Part shown: in pieces, positions 20,001 to 30,311 of the stretch | Layout: each line of letters begins with the position of its first letter | How positions within the stretch are numbered: position 1 is the first letter of the stretch | NCBI GenBank assembly: GCA_965223845.1 | Contig: CBDCXR010000004.1 | Coordinates: 5,152,001 to 5,216,000 of the forward strand | Source of the DNA: Planctomycetota bacterium | Lineage (GTDB): Bacteria; Planctomycetota; UBA8108; SXIK01 | DNA length: 64,000 nucleotides | Reading direction: 5' to 3' | The notes under the pieces: generated by a model | Database searches by the model: none | Told to the model about the DNA's origin: nothing | The model's input: only the letters and a program-made list of their open reading frames with translations | Made by a program: the position numbers and the translations under genes

Positions 20001-21811
20001 AACTACCGATCTGGGTGACGACCGCGGGCAACCCCGAGACCTATCGCATGGCCGGCGAAACCGGGGCGAATGTGCTCACCCATCTCCTGGGGCAGTCGGT
20101 CGAAGACCTCGCGCCGAAGATCGAGCTCTACCGGAAGGCCCGAGCCGACGCGGGATTCGATCCCGACGAAGGTGTCGTCTCGCTCATGCTCCACACCTAC
20201 GTGAGCGACGACGCGAGCGAAGTGCGCGATCTCGTGCGCGAGCCGCTCAAGCACTACCTCGGAACCTCGCTCAATCTTCTCAAGCAGTACGCCTCGTCGT
20301 TTCCTGCGTTCACCGACCCGACCGGAGCCGGCAAAGACGCCGACGACGTTTTCAAAAACCTCTCAGAAGAAGAGCAGGACGCGATCCTCGAGCACGCCTT
20401 CGAGCGCTACTACGAGACGAGCGGTCTCTTCGGGACACCGGAGAGCTGCGTGGCGATGGTCGACACGCTCAAAGGAATCGGGGTCGACGACATCGCGTGC
20501 CTCATCGACTTCGGCGTACCGACGCCGAAGGTTCTCGCGAGCCTGCCCCATCTGAATCGCCTGCGCCAGCGCGCGAACGCGCACGCGAGTGATTCAGCAC
20601 GAGCGACGAATGAAAGCGTCGAGACCGACCAGTCCTTCGCGGCTCAGGTCGGACGCCACGAGATCACCCATCTTCAATGCACACCGTCGATGGCGAACAT
20701 GCTCGCCGTCGGCGCCGAGACGCGCGATGCATTGCGCGCGGTGCGTCAGTTCATGATCGGAGGCGAGGCGTTTCCTCCCCCGCTCGCGCGCGAGCTCGAT
20801 GGACTCGTCACCGGCACGGTCACGAACATGTACGGTCCGACCGAAACGACGATCTGGTCGTCGACACAAGTCGTCGAGGGCGCGCCGGACACGATTCCGA
20901 TCGGAAGACCGATTGCGAACACGTCGATCTATATCCTCGACCGCCACCATCAGCCAGTGCCGCCCGGCGTCCCCGGCGAGCTGTGGATCGGCGGAGACGG
21001 TGTCGTCCGCGGCTACTTGAATCGTGACGAGCTCACGGCGGAACGATTCGTCCACGATCCGTTTCGCGAGAGTGGCGCGCGAATGTACCGGACCGGCGAC
21101 CTCGCCCGCTTCCGCGATGATGGCGTGATCGAGTTCCTCGGACGCATCGATCACCAAGTGAAGGTGCGCGGCTACCGGATCGAGCTCGGCGAGATCGAAG
21201 CGGCCCTTCGTCGGCACGAAGGAATCCGCGAGTGCGTCGTCGTTGCGCGCGAAGATCGACCGGGCGACCAGCAGCTCGTCGCTTACTTCACTAGCACGGG
21301 GGACGGCGTCGACACCGATGCGCTCCGAGGCACTCTGCGCGAAACTCTGCCGGACTTCATGGTTCCCGGTCACTTCGTCGCGCTCGCCGCGCTTCCACTC
21401 ACTCCGAACGGGAAGATCGATCGCCGCGCGCTCCCGGCGCCCGAGAGCGTCGAGCCCGCGGCTGCGCGCGAATACGCTCCGCCCACAAACGACACTGAGG
21501 AGGTCATCGCCACGGTGTGGCGGGAGACTCTGGGCCTCAGCAGAGTCGGGGTGAACGACAACTTCTTCGACAGCGGCGGACATTCGCTCCTCGTCGTTCG
21601 AGTCCACCGCTCGCTCTCGGAAAAGATCGACCAGCCCGTCAATTTGACCGACCTCTATCGCTTCCCGACGATTCGCTCGCTCGCCGGCTACCTCACGGAG
21701 GCCGGTGACGAACTGGTGAAGCGAGGAACCGACCGCGCGGCGAAGCGTCGCGACGCGCTCCAGGGCCGGCGTCGACGGGCGGAAGCGCGGCGGAAGTCTC
21801 GCGTGGATTGA
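17078..21811 (+). CDS. NRPS-like module: formyltransferase, degenerate C-like linker, adenylation domain interrupted by a luciferase-like monooxygenase, PCP
   Basis: NFHDGVLPRYAG (formyltransferase); YTSGSTGKPKG, SFDIS, NMYGPTETT, YRTGDL and PNGKIDR (A domain); WTPERHFHAFGGLYPNP (LLM); FFDSGGHSLL (PCP). Confidence 0.93.
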   Translation: MPTSPFSCVLIGADTLLMECGRVLSDRGHEIVAVVSDAPRIRAWAAESNLRSFSVSGDYASELRGTPFDYLFSITHLAILPEDVLALPARGAVNFHDGVLPRYAGLNTPVWALLRGEEQYGITWHRITTGIDRGDVLERRSFEIAPGETALSLNTRCFEAALESFPDLLARLEAGDETAETQDFSSRKYFGRYDRPAAECAIDWRESAEDIARLVRALDFGTYLNPIGCPKIAANRHGALVRSAEVRAEATSAAPGTVVSVDDDALVVAAGDGVIALTALSTPDGEERTVAEFCEAAELVAGRALDDLAPALAERVGATRVARGETVWTQRLAELDGYELPYADSSADLGAPPETFGEIEIDVPAEFRALEGGGDAESVVAGIAAYFARLADRKRIEIAYRDAEIDRVTQGLDAWFGTRVPFVLEIDDAEAFSVALGAVRAELDAVRKRGPFLRDVLARYPELQSREDLRAGRLLPVAIEIGDRADDRTPAPGTQLRARVSEDGARIRLDFDPRALSPVHVGSIATQLASFFAGVSADADRPCSRTPILSDDDLRRILVEWNDTEREFPRDALVHTLFEAQVERTPDAPALVFENTTLSYRELNARANRVARALLARGVGPDRLVGVCIERGIDLVVAIYGIHKAGGAYVPLDPDYPADRLAMMVDDAKPEVVLTSSRSAYAVPEAAGTVICLDGDRAAIDAQSDENPRVEVSPAHLAYVIYTSGSTGKPKGVMVEHRNVVNFFAGMDEVIPHESGDSWLAVTSLSFDISVLELFWTLTRGLRVVLYSDRARGSTSTASSAEEKHAATPVDFSLFYFSSNEEESGSNKYELLLEGAKFGDAHGFTAVWTPERHFHAFGGLYPNPAVTGAAVAAVTKNIGIRAGSVVLPLHHPVRVAEAWSIVDNLCGGRVGISVASGWQPNDFLLRPESYKDAKGVMFRDVEVVKRLWRGEKVAFPGATGEDVEVRTLPRPVQKELPIWVTTAGNPETYRMAGETGANVLTHLLGQSVEDLAPKIELYRKARADAGFDPDEGVVSLMLHTYVSDDASEVRDLVREPLKHYLGTSLNLLKQYASSFPAFTDPTGAGKDADDVFKNLSEEEQDAILEHAFERYYETSGLFGTPESCVAMVDTLKGIGVDDIACLIDFGVPTPKVLASLPHLNRLRQRANAHASDSARATNESVETDQSFAAQVGRHEITHLQCTPSMANMLAVGAETRDALRAVRQFMIGGEAFPPPLARELDGLVTGTVTNMYGPTETTIWSSTQVVEGAPDTIPIGRPIANTSIYILDRHHQPVPPGVPGELWIGGDGVVRGYLNRDELTAERFVHDPFRESGARMYRTGDLARFRDDGVIEFLGRIDHQVKVRGYRIELGEIEAALRRHEGIRECVVVAREDRPGDQQLVAYFTSTGDGVDTDALRGTLRETLPDFMVPGHFVALAALPLTPNGKIDRRALPAPESVEPAAAREYAPPTNDTEEVIATVWRETLGLSRVGVNDNFFDSGGHSLLVVRVHRSLSEKIDQPVNLTDLYRFPTIRSLAGYLTEAGDELVKRGTDRAAKRRDALQGRRRRAEARRKSRVD

Positions 21812-22032
21812 CGCGGATTTGCGCCGATCGCGTCGACTCCGCGGGGTGGCAAGAGCCCTTCTGTGAGCGGGCCCAAGAATCGAGACTCGGCGCAGATCCA
21901 CCCGCGCGGTCGATCTCGTTGGCGCGACGCCGACCGAAAGGCCGCGTTTCCCGTGTCCGCATCGGTTCTTGGGCCGACCGGTAGCGTTAGAATCTCTTTC
22001 TCGGCAATGGAGAAACGGCGATCGAACCCGCG

Positions 22033-22695
22033 ATGGATTCACTGAGAAAACTCCGCGACGTCTTCTCGCCGAGCGTCATCGTCCAAGTGGCCCTCCCGCT
22101 CGGAGACGATCGCGAGGTCCTGCCGGCCGAACGCGACGTCGTTCGAAGCGCGGTTGAGAAGCGCCGGCGCGAGTTTTACGCCGGACGCGTGGCGGCCCGT
22201 CGTGCCCTCGCCGAGCTCGACATTCACGATTTTCCGCTGCTCCCCGACTCCGATCGCGCGCCGATTTGGCCCGAACGCGTGGTCGGCAGCATCTCTCACA
22301 CGACCGAGTACTGTGTCGTCGTCGTCGATCGCGCCGAGCGGACGCGCTCGATCGGCGTCGATGTCGAACCGAATGAGGAGATCGAAGAGAAGCTCTGGGC
22401 CTCGATCTGCACGGAGGTCGAGCTCGAGCGGATTCGCGAAGCTCCCGAGGAAGATCGCGGGCGTCTCGCGCGATTGATCTTCAGCGCGAAGGAAAGCGTC
22501 TACAAATGCCAGTACCCGCTCACCCGGATGTTCCTCTCATTCGAGGAAGTCGAGACGGAGATCGATCGATCGCGGCACACGTTCCGCGCGACGCTCCCCG
22601 CGTCTGCCGGCGACGCGATCGGCCAGCGGACCGTCGAGGGACACTGGTGCGTCGACGGCGGCTTTCTCGTCACCGGAGTCGAGCTGCCGCGCTGA
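22033..22695 (+). CDS. 4'-phosphopantetheinyl transferase (EntD/Sfp-like)
   Basis: KRRREFYAGR, GSISHT, IGVDVE and FSAKESVYK. Confidence 0.93.
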   Translation: MDSLRKLRDVFSPSVIVQVALPLGDDREVLPAERDVVRSAVEKRRREFYAGRVAARRALAELDIHDFPLLPDSDRAPIWPERVVGSISHTTEYCVVVVDRAERTRSIGVDVEPNEEIEEKLWASICTEVELERIREAPEEDRGRLARLIFSAKESVYKCQYPLTRMFLSFEEVETEIDRSRHTFRATLPASAGDAIGQRTVEGHWCVDGGFLVTGVELPR

Positions 22696-22800
22696 ACGCA
22701 CGCAAAGCTTGTTCGAACGCGGATGAGCGGTGAGACTGATGGGATCCTCGAACGGCGCGAGTTGCTTCGCGCGACGACGGCAGGATTCGTGATCCCTCGT

Positions 22801-24555
22801 ATGACTGCGCTGACCTCGACACGCAAGCCCGCTCCGGCTCGACGCGCGGCACTGGCCGCGCTGGCGCTGTTTGCCGCCGCCGGCTCGGCGGAGGCGTTCG
22901 ACGAGGTTCCGGCTCCCGATGCTCTCAAGGTCGCCGATCGCCTGCTCGAGTCCGTCCTCGACGACCGCTTGAAGGACGGCGTTCGTCGCACCCCGGCCGA
23001 CGTTGCGAAGTACGTCCTCGAAGAGGTCGCCCGCAAAGAGAAGGACCCCGCGGTTCGCTACGCTGCGTTTCGCGAGACGATTTCGCGCGCGATGCGCGGA
23101 AACGCGTTTCTTCTGGCTCATCGCGCGTTCGACGAGCTGTGCGAGCATCACCGCCTCGTCGATATCCTCGCCCGCGATCCAGAGCTCGCGCGTCGCGCGC
23201 GATCGAAGACGATGGCGGTTTGGACGATCGATGAGCTCGCTGCGGCCGCGCGTCTCGCGACGTCACTCGAGGAGAAGGTCGACACTCTGATGGCGGCGTC
23301 CGACATCGGAAGGAGCGGCGACCTCGCACGGCGGGTCGCCATCGAGCAGCTCTCGATCGCCGTCGAGTGCTTCGTCCGCGGCGCGGCGGCGCACGCGAGA
23401 ACACTCGCGAGATCGTCCGTCCGCCTGGCCGGCGGTCATTCCGCCACGCGACGGCTCGCGCGACGGATGCTGGCGACGTTCGACTCTGCGGTCGCCGAAT
23501 CCTCCCGCCCCGAGGTGAATGCGGCCCTCCGCCGAACGAAGTCGAAGCCGAGCACCGCCGAGCACAATCGCCTCGCCGGGCGATATCTCATGGGCGGCGG
23601 CTGGCGGTGGAAGCGAGCGCTCGCGCTCCTCCGAAGGTGCGACGATGCCGTGCTCGTTGCGCTCGCAAAGAGCGACGCAGCAAATCCGACCAGTTTCGCG
23701 CAGCGCCTCGAGCTCGCCGATCGCTGGCGTGATCGAGCAGCGGAGGAGACGGAATCGCACTACCGCGACGGTATCGCCCGCCGCGCACTACACTGGTACA
23801 CGCTCGCCCTCGGCGATCTCCGATCGATCTCGGAGCGACGAGTTCGCGAGAAGACACTCGAGAAGATCGAGGAGCTTCGGCGGACGCACGATCTCTGGGA
23901 AGTGTCCGAAATCGCGCTCGCGCGGGCGAAGGTCATTTTCACGTTCGAGCCGGACACGGTTTCGGGAACGAAGGACCGAATTGTAAAGGACCAGAGCGGC
24001 TACGGCTTCGTCGGCGCCCTGCGCGGCAAGGCTGCCGTCGTCGAGGGAATCGCGGGCTCGGGATTGAGGTTCGATGGGAACAGTCGCGTACGCGTCGAGC
24101 GGACCGACGCGCTCCGCTTCACCCGGCGGATGACCGCGACGGCTTGGATCCGATCCGACCATCCCGAAGGTGCGATCTGCGTGCAGCATCGGAGCGGCCC
24201 CAACGGTTGCTTCGTGTTCTCGATCTCGCGCGGCCGGTTCTTTTTCGGCGCCTCGCCGCGCCCACATCTTTCCGACCCGATCGCGGACGGCGAGTGGCAC
24301 CACGTCGTCGGTGTCTACGACTCGTCCGCCGGACGCGTCGCTCACTACATCGACGGCGAGCTCGTTGCTTCGTTCGAAGAAAAGCTACCGCTCCCGAACA
24401 AACAGTTCGGGACTCGAGTGGGAAACGAGTCGTCCCACCGGTGGTACTTTCGTGGGACCATCGACGAAGTCGCGCTGATCCCGCGCGCGCTCTCTCCACG
24501 CGAGGTGAATTCTCTCTTCGAACGCGGGCGCGCCGGACGACCACTCGCCGACTGA
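22801..24555 (+). CDS. Secreted helical protein with C-terminal LamG-like jellyroll domain
   Basis: Signal peptide ending SAEA; DGEWHHVVGVYD...YIDG...FRGTIDEV. Confidence 0.78.
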   Translation: MTALTSTRKPAPARRAALAALALFAAAGSAEAFDEVPAPDALKVADRLLESVLDDRLKDGVRRTPADVAKYVLEEVARKEKDPAVRYAAFRETISRAMRGNAFLLAHRAFDELCEHHRLVDILARDPELARRARSKTMAVWTIDELAAAARLATSLEEKVDTLMAASDIGRSGDLARRVAIEQLSIAVECFVRGAAAHARTLARSSVRLAGGHSATRRLARRMLATFDSAVAESSRPEVNAALRRTKSKPSTAEHNRLAGRYLMGGGWRWKRALALLRRCDDAVLVALAKSDAANPTSFAQRLELADRWRDRAAEETESHYRDGIARRALHWYTLALGDLRSISERRVREKTLEKIEELRRTHDLWEVSEIALARAKVIFTFEPDTVSGTKDRIVKDQSGYGFVGALRGKAAVVEGIAGSGLRFDGNSRVRVERTDALRFTRRMTATAWIRSDHPEGAICVQHRSGPNGCFVFSISRGRFFFGASPRPHLSDPIADGEWHHVVGVYDSSAGRVAHYIDGELVASFEEKLPLPNKQFGTRVGNESSHRWYFRGTIDEVALIPRALSPREVNSLFERGRAGRPLAD

Positions 24556-24701
24556 GGTGCGGGATCCAACCGGAGAACAGATGGCGAAGCGGTGACGAAG
24601 ATGCTCTCATCGCGGTCCCGCCGTTCTCCGAGCCGCTCCTCCGGCGATTTCCCCGCCCCCCTCGCAATCAGACACGAACCAACCCCAACGGGAGATTGAG
24701 A

Positions 24702-27700
24702 GTGAGATTCGATCGACCCCGCATCGCGCGTGAGCTCACCGTCACGACAACCGCGCTCCTTCTCGCCGCCGCGCTCCTTCCCACTGCGGAGACCGCTGCC
24801 GCGCCCCAAGGGAAGCGCTGGACGGACATGAACTACGGTCCGTACCTCACCGCGGCGATCGAGATTACGAAAGGGAACATCGCCCACAAGGGACTAGCCA
24901 TCCGGCTGGATGCGGGTGACGGCGGAGTCGCGGCGGGACGCGAGTTCTGCATGTTCGATACCGACACGCTCCGCTACGCAGGCGCGTGGAGTGGAGCGGA
25001 GTTCACCGATTGGCGAAGCATCGTGTTCGACGGTTCGCACGGAACTCACCCGAAGATCGTCGGCGATCTTCTCTACGAGAATCGAATCGGACCGGGCTGG
25101 GCGGACGCGGACGGCGGTTTCGACGATCCACGCGTGCGCGGCCGCGACGACGTCGCCTACGGGCCGCTTCCTCGCGAGTGGGCTCGCTGGAAGGGACTCT
25201 ACCTTCACGAAAACCACGTCGTCCTCAACTACACGGTCGGGAGAACGGAAATCCTCGAGCTACCCGGAGTCGAAACGGTCGCCGGCGTTCCCGTGTTCAC
25301 CCGGACGATCGAGCTCGGGCCGCGCTCGGCCGAGCTCGTTCTCCAGGTCGCCCAGCCAAGCAGCAGCGAGATCAAGATCGAAACGGGAGGCGTCCTCGCG
25401 GGACTCTCCAGCGGCGGCGAAGAATCTACGGCGGCCGGCGCGCGACGCCTCGACGGAACGACCAGTCTCGAGATCGCGGGTTCGAAATCGTTCAATCTGA
25501 CCGATGAAGACTTCACGATCAGCGCGCGCATCCGCACGAAGAAGGGTGGGACGATCCTCGCGCGCGCCCCCGCTCGCGGCAATTGGGCTCCGGACGCCGT
25601 CGCGCTCTTCGTCCGCAACGGTCGAGTTTGCTTCGACGTCGGCTGGGTCGGCGTCGTCGTGTCGAAGCGACGGGTCGACGATGGCGAGTGGCACGATGTC
25701 GCGGCGACGTTCGATCAAGCGACCGGTCGGATTCAGCTCTACGTCGACGGGGAAGCGGACTCCGGAAAGGAACTGCAGGCGAAGAATAACCCGAGCGGGC
25801 ACGTTGTTCGCATCGGGTTTGCGTCCCCCGATTTTCCGAAGCCGAGCGCGTTCTCCGGCTCCATCCGAGAGGTTCGTTTGTATCAGCGTCGCCTCGACGC
25901 AGCTCAGTTGGCAGCGGAAGCTACGAAGGACGCGCAGGATCTCCTGGGTCGCTGGATTCTCTCGGACGACGCGCTCCCGCCTCGCGTGGACGATGTCTCC
26001 GGCGGGAAGCATCACGCCACCGCACGGGCGATCGCAGCGAATCGCCCCTCGGTCTCAGCGGCTGCTCGTCCGACCGCATTCGTCGTCGTCGGAGACACGG
26101 ACGCGACGACGTGGAGCGTCGACCCGGCGAATCGTGCGCTCCGGCTGCGGATCGCGGCGGGCGACGACCCGCTTCGCTTCAAGATCGGAATCGCCGCGGC
26201 GAAGAGCGGTGCTGCGCTCGATCTCGATGCGATTCGCTCTTCGCTCCGCGCTCCGGGAGACATCCGCGCGCTCACTCGCGGCGGACCCGGTCGCTGGAAC
26301 GAGACTCTCAACACGAAAGTGTCGACGCTCGGGTCTCCCGAAGGACCGTACGTCGCGGAGGTGATCTCGACGCCGCTCGACAACCCCTACCGCGCGTGGA
26401 TGCGGCTCGGCGGCTTCGACTTCTTCGCGGACGGCAAGCGCGCCGCGGTGTGCACGTGGATGGGAGACGTCTGGACGGTCGACGGCCTCGGCGGCGAGCT
26501 CGAGACGTTTCGCTGGCGCCGGATCGCGACCGGTCTCTATCAGGCGCTCGGACTCAAGATCGTCGACGAGACGGTGTACGTCCTCGGTCGCGATCAGATC
26601 ACGCGTCTACACGACCTCAACGGCGACGGCGAAATCGACTTCTACGAGAACTTCAACAACGACGTCCAGAACACCGAGCATTTTCATGAGTTCGCGATGG
26701 ATTTGCAGACGGACGCCGCGGGAAACTTCTACTTCATGAAGGGGGGACGCCACGCGCTCGACGCCGTCATTCCGCATCACGGCACGGTGCGCAAGGTGTC
26801 GAAGGACGGCGCCACATCTTCGACGGTCGCCTACGGTTTCCGCGCGCCGAACGGGCTCTACGTGCACTCGAGCGGTTCGTTCGTGACGAGCGACCAAGAG
26901 GGACACTGGACACCCGCGAACCGGATCAACTGGGTGAAGCCGGGCGGGTTCTACGGCTACAACTGGAGCTACCACGCGGACGGGACGAAGCGCGAGACGT
27001 ACGATCCTCCCCTCTGCTGGATCCATCCGAAGATGGACCGCTCCCCCGCCGCGCAGCTCTTCGTCGAGAGCGACCGCTGGGGGCCGCTGGGAGGCAAGCT
27101 GCTGTCCCTGTCCTACGGAACGGGCAACGTCCTGCTCGTTCTCAACGAGGAAGTCAATGGAACGCGGCAAGGCGGCGTCGTGCGGCTGCCGGTCGAAATG
27201 TTTCCGACTGGGATCATGCGCGGGCGATTCCACCCGGGGGACGGTCAACTCTACGCGTGCGGGCTGTTCGGCTGGGCCGGGAACCGCACTCAGGCCGGCG
27301 GATTCTATCGCATTCGCTACACCGGAAAGCCGCTCGACGTTCCGACCGCGCTTCACGCGACGGATCGCGGGCTCGTCCTCGAGTTCTCGCGCCCGCTCGA
27401 TCCGCGCCGCGCCGCCGACGCTCGCCGGTACGCCGCCGAGCGCTGGAACTATAAATGGCAGCAGCAGTACGGATCGAAGGACTACCGACTCACGGACGGA
27501 TCGATCGGTCGCGACAAGGTGAAGGTGACGGAAGCGCGTCTCTCGAAGGACGGGCGGAAGCTCTTTCTCGCGATCGACGACATGAAGCCGTGCATGCAGA
27601 TGTGGCTCCGTTATCGGATCACCGCCGCGGACGGTGCTCGCGTCCAGAACGAGATCTATCACACCGTCCACGCGCTCGGCGCGTCGGAGAATCACCTCGA

Positions 27701-27710
27701 AGGGTTCTGA
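24702..27710 (+). CDS. DUF6797-like protein with inserted LamG domain and C-terminal beta-propeller
   Basis: GTG after GGAG. MNYGPYL..KGLAIRL..FDTDTLR N-terminal region, DDGEWHDVAATFD, and a GFRAPNG/DQEGHWTP propeller region typical of PVC-group proteins. Confidence 0.7.
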   Translation: MRFDRPRIARELTVTTTALLLAAALLPTAETAAAPQGKRWTDMNYGPYLTAAIEITKGNIAHKGLAIRLDAGDGGVAAGREFCMFDTDTLRYAGAWSGAEFTDWRSIVFDGSHGTHPKIVGDLLYENRIGPGWADADGGFDDPRVRGRDDVAYGPLPREWARWKGLYLHENHVVLNYTVGRTEILELPGVETVAGVPVFTRTIELGPRSAELVLQVAQPSSSEIKIETGGVLAGLSSGGEESTAAGARRLDGTTSLEIAGSKSFNLTDEDFTISARIRTKKGGTILARAPARGNWAPDAVALFVRNGRVCFDVGWVGVVVSKRRVDDGEWHDVAATFDQATGRIQLYVDGEADSGKELQAKNNPSGHVVRIGFASPDFPKPSAFSGSIREVRLYQRRLDAAQLAAEATKDAQDLLGRWILSDDALPPRVDDVSGGKHHATARAIAANRPSVSAAARPTAFVVVGDTDATTWSVDPANRALRLRIAAGDDPLRFKIGIAAAKSGAALDLDAIRSSLRAPGDIRALTRGGPGRWNETLNTKVSTLGSPEGPYVAEVISTPLDNPYRAWMRLGGFDFFADGKRAAVCTWMGDVWTVDGLGGELETFRWRRIATGLYQALGLKIVDETVYVLGRDQITRLHDLNGDGEIDFYENFNNDVQNTEHFHEFAMDLQTDAAGNFYFMKGGRHALDAVIPHHGTVRKVSKDGATSSTVAYGFRAPNGLYVHSSGSFVTSDQEGHWTPANRINWVKPGGFYGYNWSYHADGTKRETYDPPLCWIHPKMDRSPAAQLFVESDRWGPLGGKLLSLSYGTGNVLLVLNEEVNGTRQGGVVRLPVEMFPTGIMRGRFHPGDGQLYACGLFGWAGNRTQAGGFYRIRYTGKPLDVPTALHATDRGLVLEFSRPLDPRRAADARRYAAERWNYKWQQQYGSKDYRLTDGSIGRDKVKVTEARLSKDGRKLFLAIDDMKPCMQMWLRYRITAADGARVQNEIYHTVHALGASENHLEGF

Positions 27711-27817
27711 CTCGGGATCGAAGCCAGCGTTCTGATGTGACGGGAAGCCGTCGATGCGGTAGACATCGAGTGCGGCGCATCGACCGTTCCATTCCCGCAG
27801 GATGCCGAGGGCGGTTC

Positions 27818-28435
27818 ATGAGAAGACCATCGCGACTTCTCATCGGAGTCACTCTGCTCGCTTCGTGTCGTCTGCCGACGCCGGACGACGGGACGCATTC
27901 CTCGCGCGAGTCTGTCGCGCGGGGCGGAGCGAGAGCGTCCGACGAAGCTGCGGGTCGCGCGGGCGGCGGTGCAGGCGTTCTCGACTGGCGCACCGCCCTC
28001 CGTGTCGCGCGCCTCGAAGGAGCCCGAAGCGGAGAGCCCCGCGTCGAGTCCGGGCGAGCAGCACCCAAGCGGTCCGAAACCGGCGGACTCGGTCGAGGCG
28101 GCGAACGAACGCGGACGCCAAGACCCGCACCCGGGGATGGCTCCGCGACCGAGTCTCGTTCGACGTCGGGAGCTCGCGACGGCGAGCTCGAAGCTCGACT
28201 CTCGGAGCGTTCTCGCCCGAGGCTCGGTCGCCGCCGAGAGCGCGTCGAAGGCGACGATCGCGTCCCCGCCGAACCGGTCGAAGAGCACGATCCCGCCGCG
28301 GAGCGCGACGCGACGCTCGTCCGGACGCGCAAGCATCGCATCACGGTCGTGCGAGATCCGTTCTTCGATCCCTATCGATCCGAGAGCGGCTGGATCGACC
28401 TCGACGAATTGGATGGAAGGCCGCCGCGGAGGTAG
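27818..28435 (+). CDS. Possible lipoprotein, low complexity
   Basis: MRRPSRLLIGVTLLASC lipobox-like start; fills the gap between co-oriented genes. Confidence 0.35.
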   Translation: MRRPSRLLIGVTLLASCRLPTPDDGTHSSRESVARGGARASDEAAGRAGGGAGVLDWRTALRVARLEGARSGEPRVESGRAAPKRSETGGLGRGGERTRTPRPAPGDGSATESRSTSGARDGELEARLSERSRPRLGRRRERVEGDDRVPAEPVEEHDPAAERDATLVRTRKHRITVVRDPFFDPYRSESGWIDLDELDGRPPRR

Positions 28436-28564
28436 TCTCTCGACTTCCACCGCCCGATCGAGCTTTTCGCGGTGAATCTCGCGCCGTTCTCTCGGTTGGG
28501 TTTTCGCGAGCGAGGAATGCTCCCGCCACCTCGAAATCGAAGTCGTAAGCGCAGTGAGTGAAGC

Positions 28565-29467
28565 ATGAAGATTCTCATCTCCGGCTCGACCGGACTCGTA
28601 GGCACGGAGCTCGTCCACCGGCTCAGCGAGCGGGATCACACCGTCGTGAGATTGGTTCGCCGGGCCGCGACGAGCGAACACGAAATTGAATGGGACCCCG
28701 CCGGCGGACGGCTCGATCCGGGCGCCGTCTCGGGATTCGACGCGGTCGTCCATCTCGCCGGCGAAAACGTCGCCGGGCGGCGCTGGAGCGCGAAACAGAA
28801 GGAGGCGATCCGCTCCAGCCGTGTGGACGGGACGAGACTCCTCGCAGAAGCGCTCGCAACGACCGAGTCCCCTCCCCGCAGCCTGGTCTGCGCGTCGGCG
28901 ATCGGTTTCTACGGCTCGCGCGGCGACGAAGAGCTCACCGAAGACAGTTCCCCGGGCGACGAGTTTCTGAGTGACGTCTGTCGCGCGTGGGAAGAGGCGG
29001 CAAGGCCGGCCATCGACCGCGGCATCCGAACGGCGTTTCTTCGGTACGGCGTGATCCTCAGCGACCGCGGCGGCGCGCTCGCGAAAATGCTGACGCCGTT
29101 CAAGCTGGGTGTCGCGGGGAAAATGGGTCACGGTCGCCAGTGGATGAGCTGGCTTTCGCTCGATGACGCGGCCGGCATCATCCTTCACGCTCTCGAGACC
29201 GAATCCCTGGAGGGACCGATCAACGCAGTCTCTCCGAGTCCCGTAACGAACCTTCAGTTCACGAAGGCGCTCGGGGCGGAGCTCCGGCGGCCGACGGTCT
29301 TCCCGATGCCCGCGTTCGCCGCGCGCCTCGCGTTCGGCGAGATGGCGGATGCACTTCTCCTCGGAAGCACTCGCGTCATCCCGAATCAGTTGCTTCGTTC
29401 AGACTACAAGTTCCGCCACCGCGAGCTGCAATCCGCATTGCACGACATTCTGCAGTCGAAGCAGTGA
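28565..29467 (+). CDS. TIGR01777 (YfcH-like) NAD-dependent epimerase family protein
   Basis: ISGSTGLVG, HLAGENVA, SRVDGT, ASAIGFYG and G.G.QWMSW. Confidence 0.92.
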   Translation: MKILISGSTGLVGTELVHRLSERDHTVVRLVRRAATSEHEIEWDPAGGRLDPGAVSGFDAVVHLAGENVAGRRWSAKQKEAIRSSRVDGTRLLAEALATTESPPRSLVCASAIGFYGSRGDEELTEDSSPGDEFLSDVCRAWEEAARPAIDRGIRTAFLRYGVILSDRGGALAKMLTPFKLGVAGKMGHGRQWMSWLSLDDAAGIILHALETESLEGPINAVSPSPVTNLQFTKALGAELRRPTVFPMPAFAARLAFGEMADALLLGSTRVIPNQLLRSDYKFRHRELQSALHDILQSKQ

Positions 29468-29639
29468 CGACTCGTTCAAAACGCATTTCCCTTGAACGAC
29501 GCTTCGAAGCGCCCAAGATGTCAGGACGATCCCTTTCGGGCGAGAGCCGCGGCGCGCACCCAGCATCGGCTCCCGGGGGCAGCCAGCGACGAAGAGGAGA
29601 TACGGAACGCGCGAGCGTGAAGATCTCCGGGAGTCTCGA

Positions 29640-30071
29640 ATGCCCGACGACACCGGGTGGGACAGCGGCGCGATCCCGCGGATTTCCGGTCGCATTTTGG
29701 TCGTCGACGATGTTGCGACGAATCAGCTCTTGCTCGCCAACCGACTCGGTCGCGCCGGAGCGAACGTCAGCGTCGCCGGAAACGGCCTCGAAGCGCTCGA
29801 GCTGGTTCGCTCGAGTTGGGAAGCGCAAGAACGCTTCGACGTGATCCTCATGGATCTCCAGATGCCCAAGATGGATGGGCTCACCGCGACGCGCGAGATC
29901 CGCAAGAACGCGGACTCGACTCCGATCATCGCGATCACTGCGCGTCACAGCGAGAGCGCGCGGGAGCAAGCCGCCTCGGCGGGCTGCAACGAGTACGTGA
30001 CGAAACCGGTGCACTGGCCGGACCTCTTCGCCGTGCTCGAAAAGTACTTGCCGCGAGGCGAACCGAGCTGA
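29640..30071 (+). CDS. Single-domain response regulator receiver
   Basis: ILVVDD, ILMDLQMPKMDG, IAITA and TKP. Confidence 0.88.
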   Translation: MPDDTGWDSGAIPRISGRILVVDDVATNQLLLANRLGRAGANVSVAGNGLEALELVRSSWEAQERFDVILMDLQMPKMDGLTATREIRKNADSTPIIAITARHSESAREQAASAGCNEYVTKPVHWPDLFAVLEKYLPRGEPS

Positions 30072-30311
30072 GGTTCGGGCTCCGGAGTTCCATCGCCCGT
30101 TGGCGTCCGATCGAATTCCCGCCCGTTGACTGCCGTCCAAACGGAATCGTACGCGACGCCGGACCCGAACATGTTCCGAGCGGCGCGACGGGAGTGGCCG
30201 AGTCGAACGAAGGCTGCGAGGTGACCCTTCTCGCCCCACGACTCGAGCCGTAGAATCTCTGCTTCGAACGTAAACGACGCGCAGCAACCGCAGATAACGG
30301 AGCCCCCTCGC

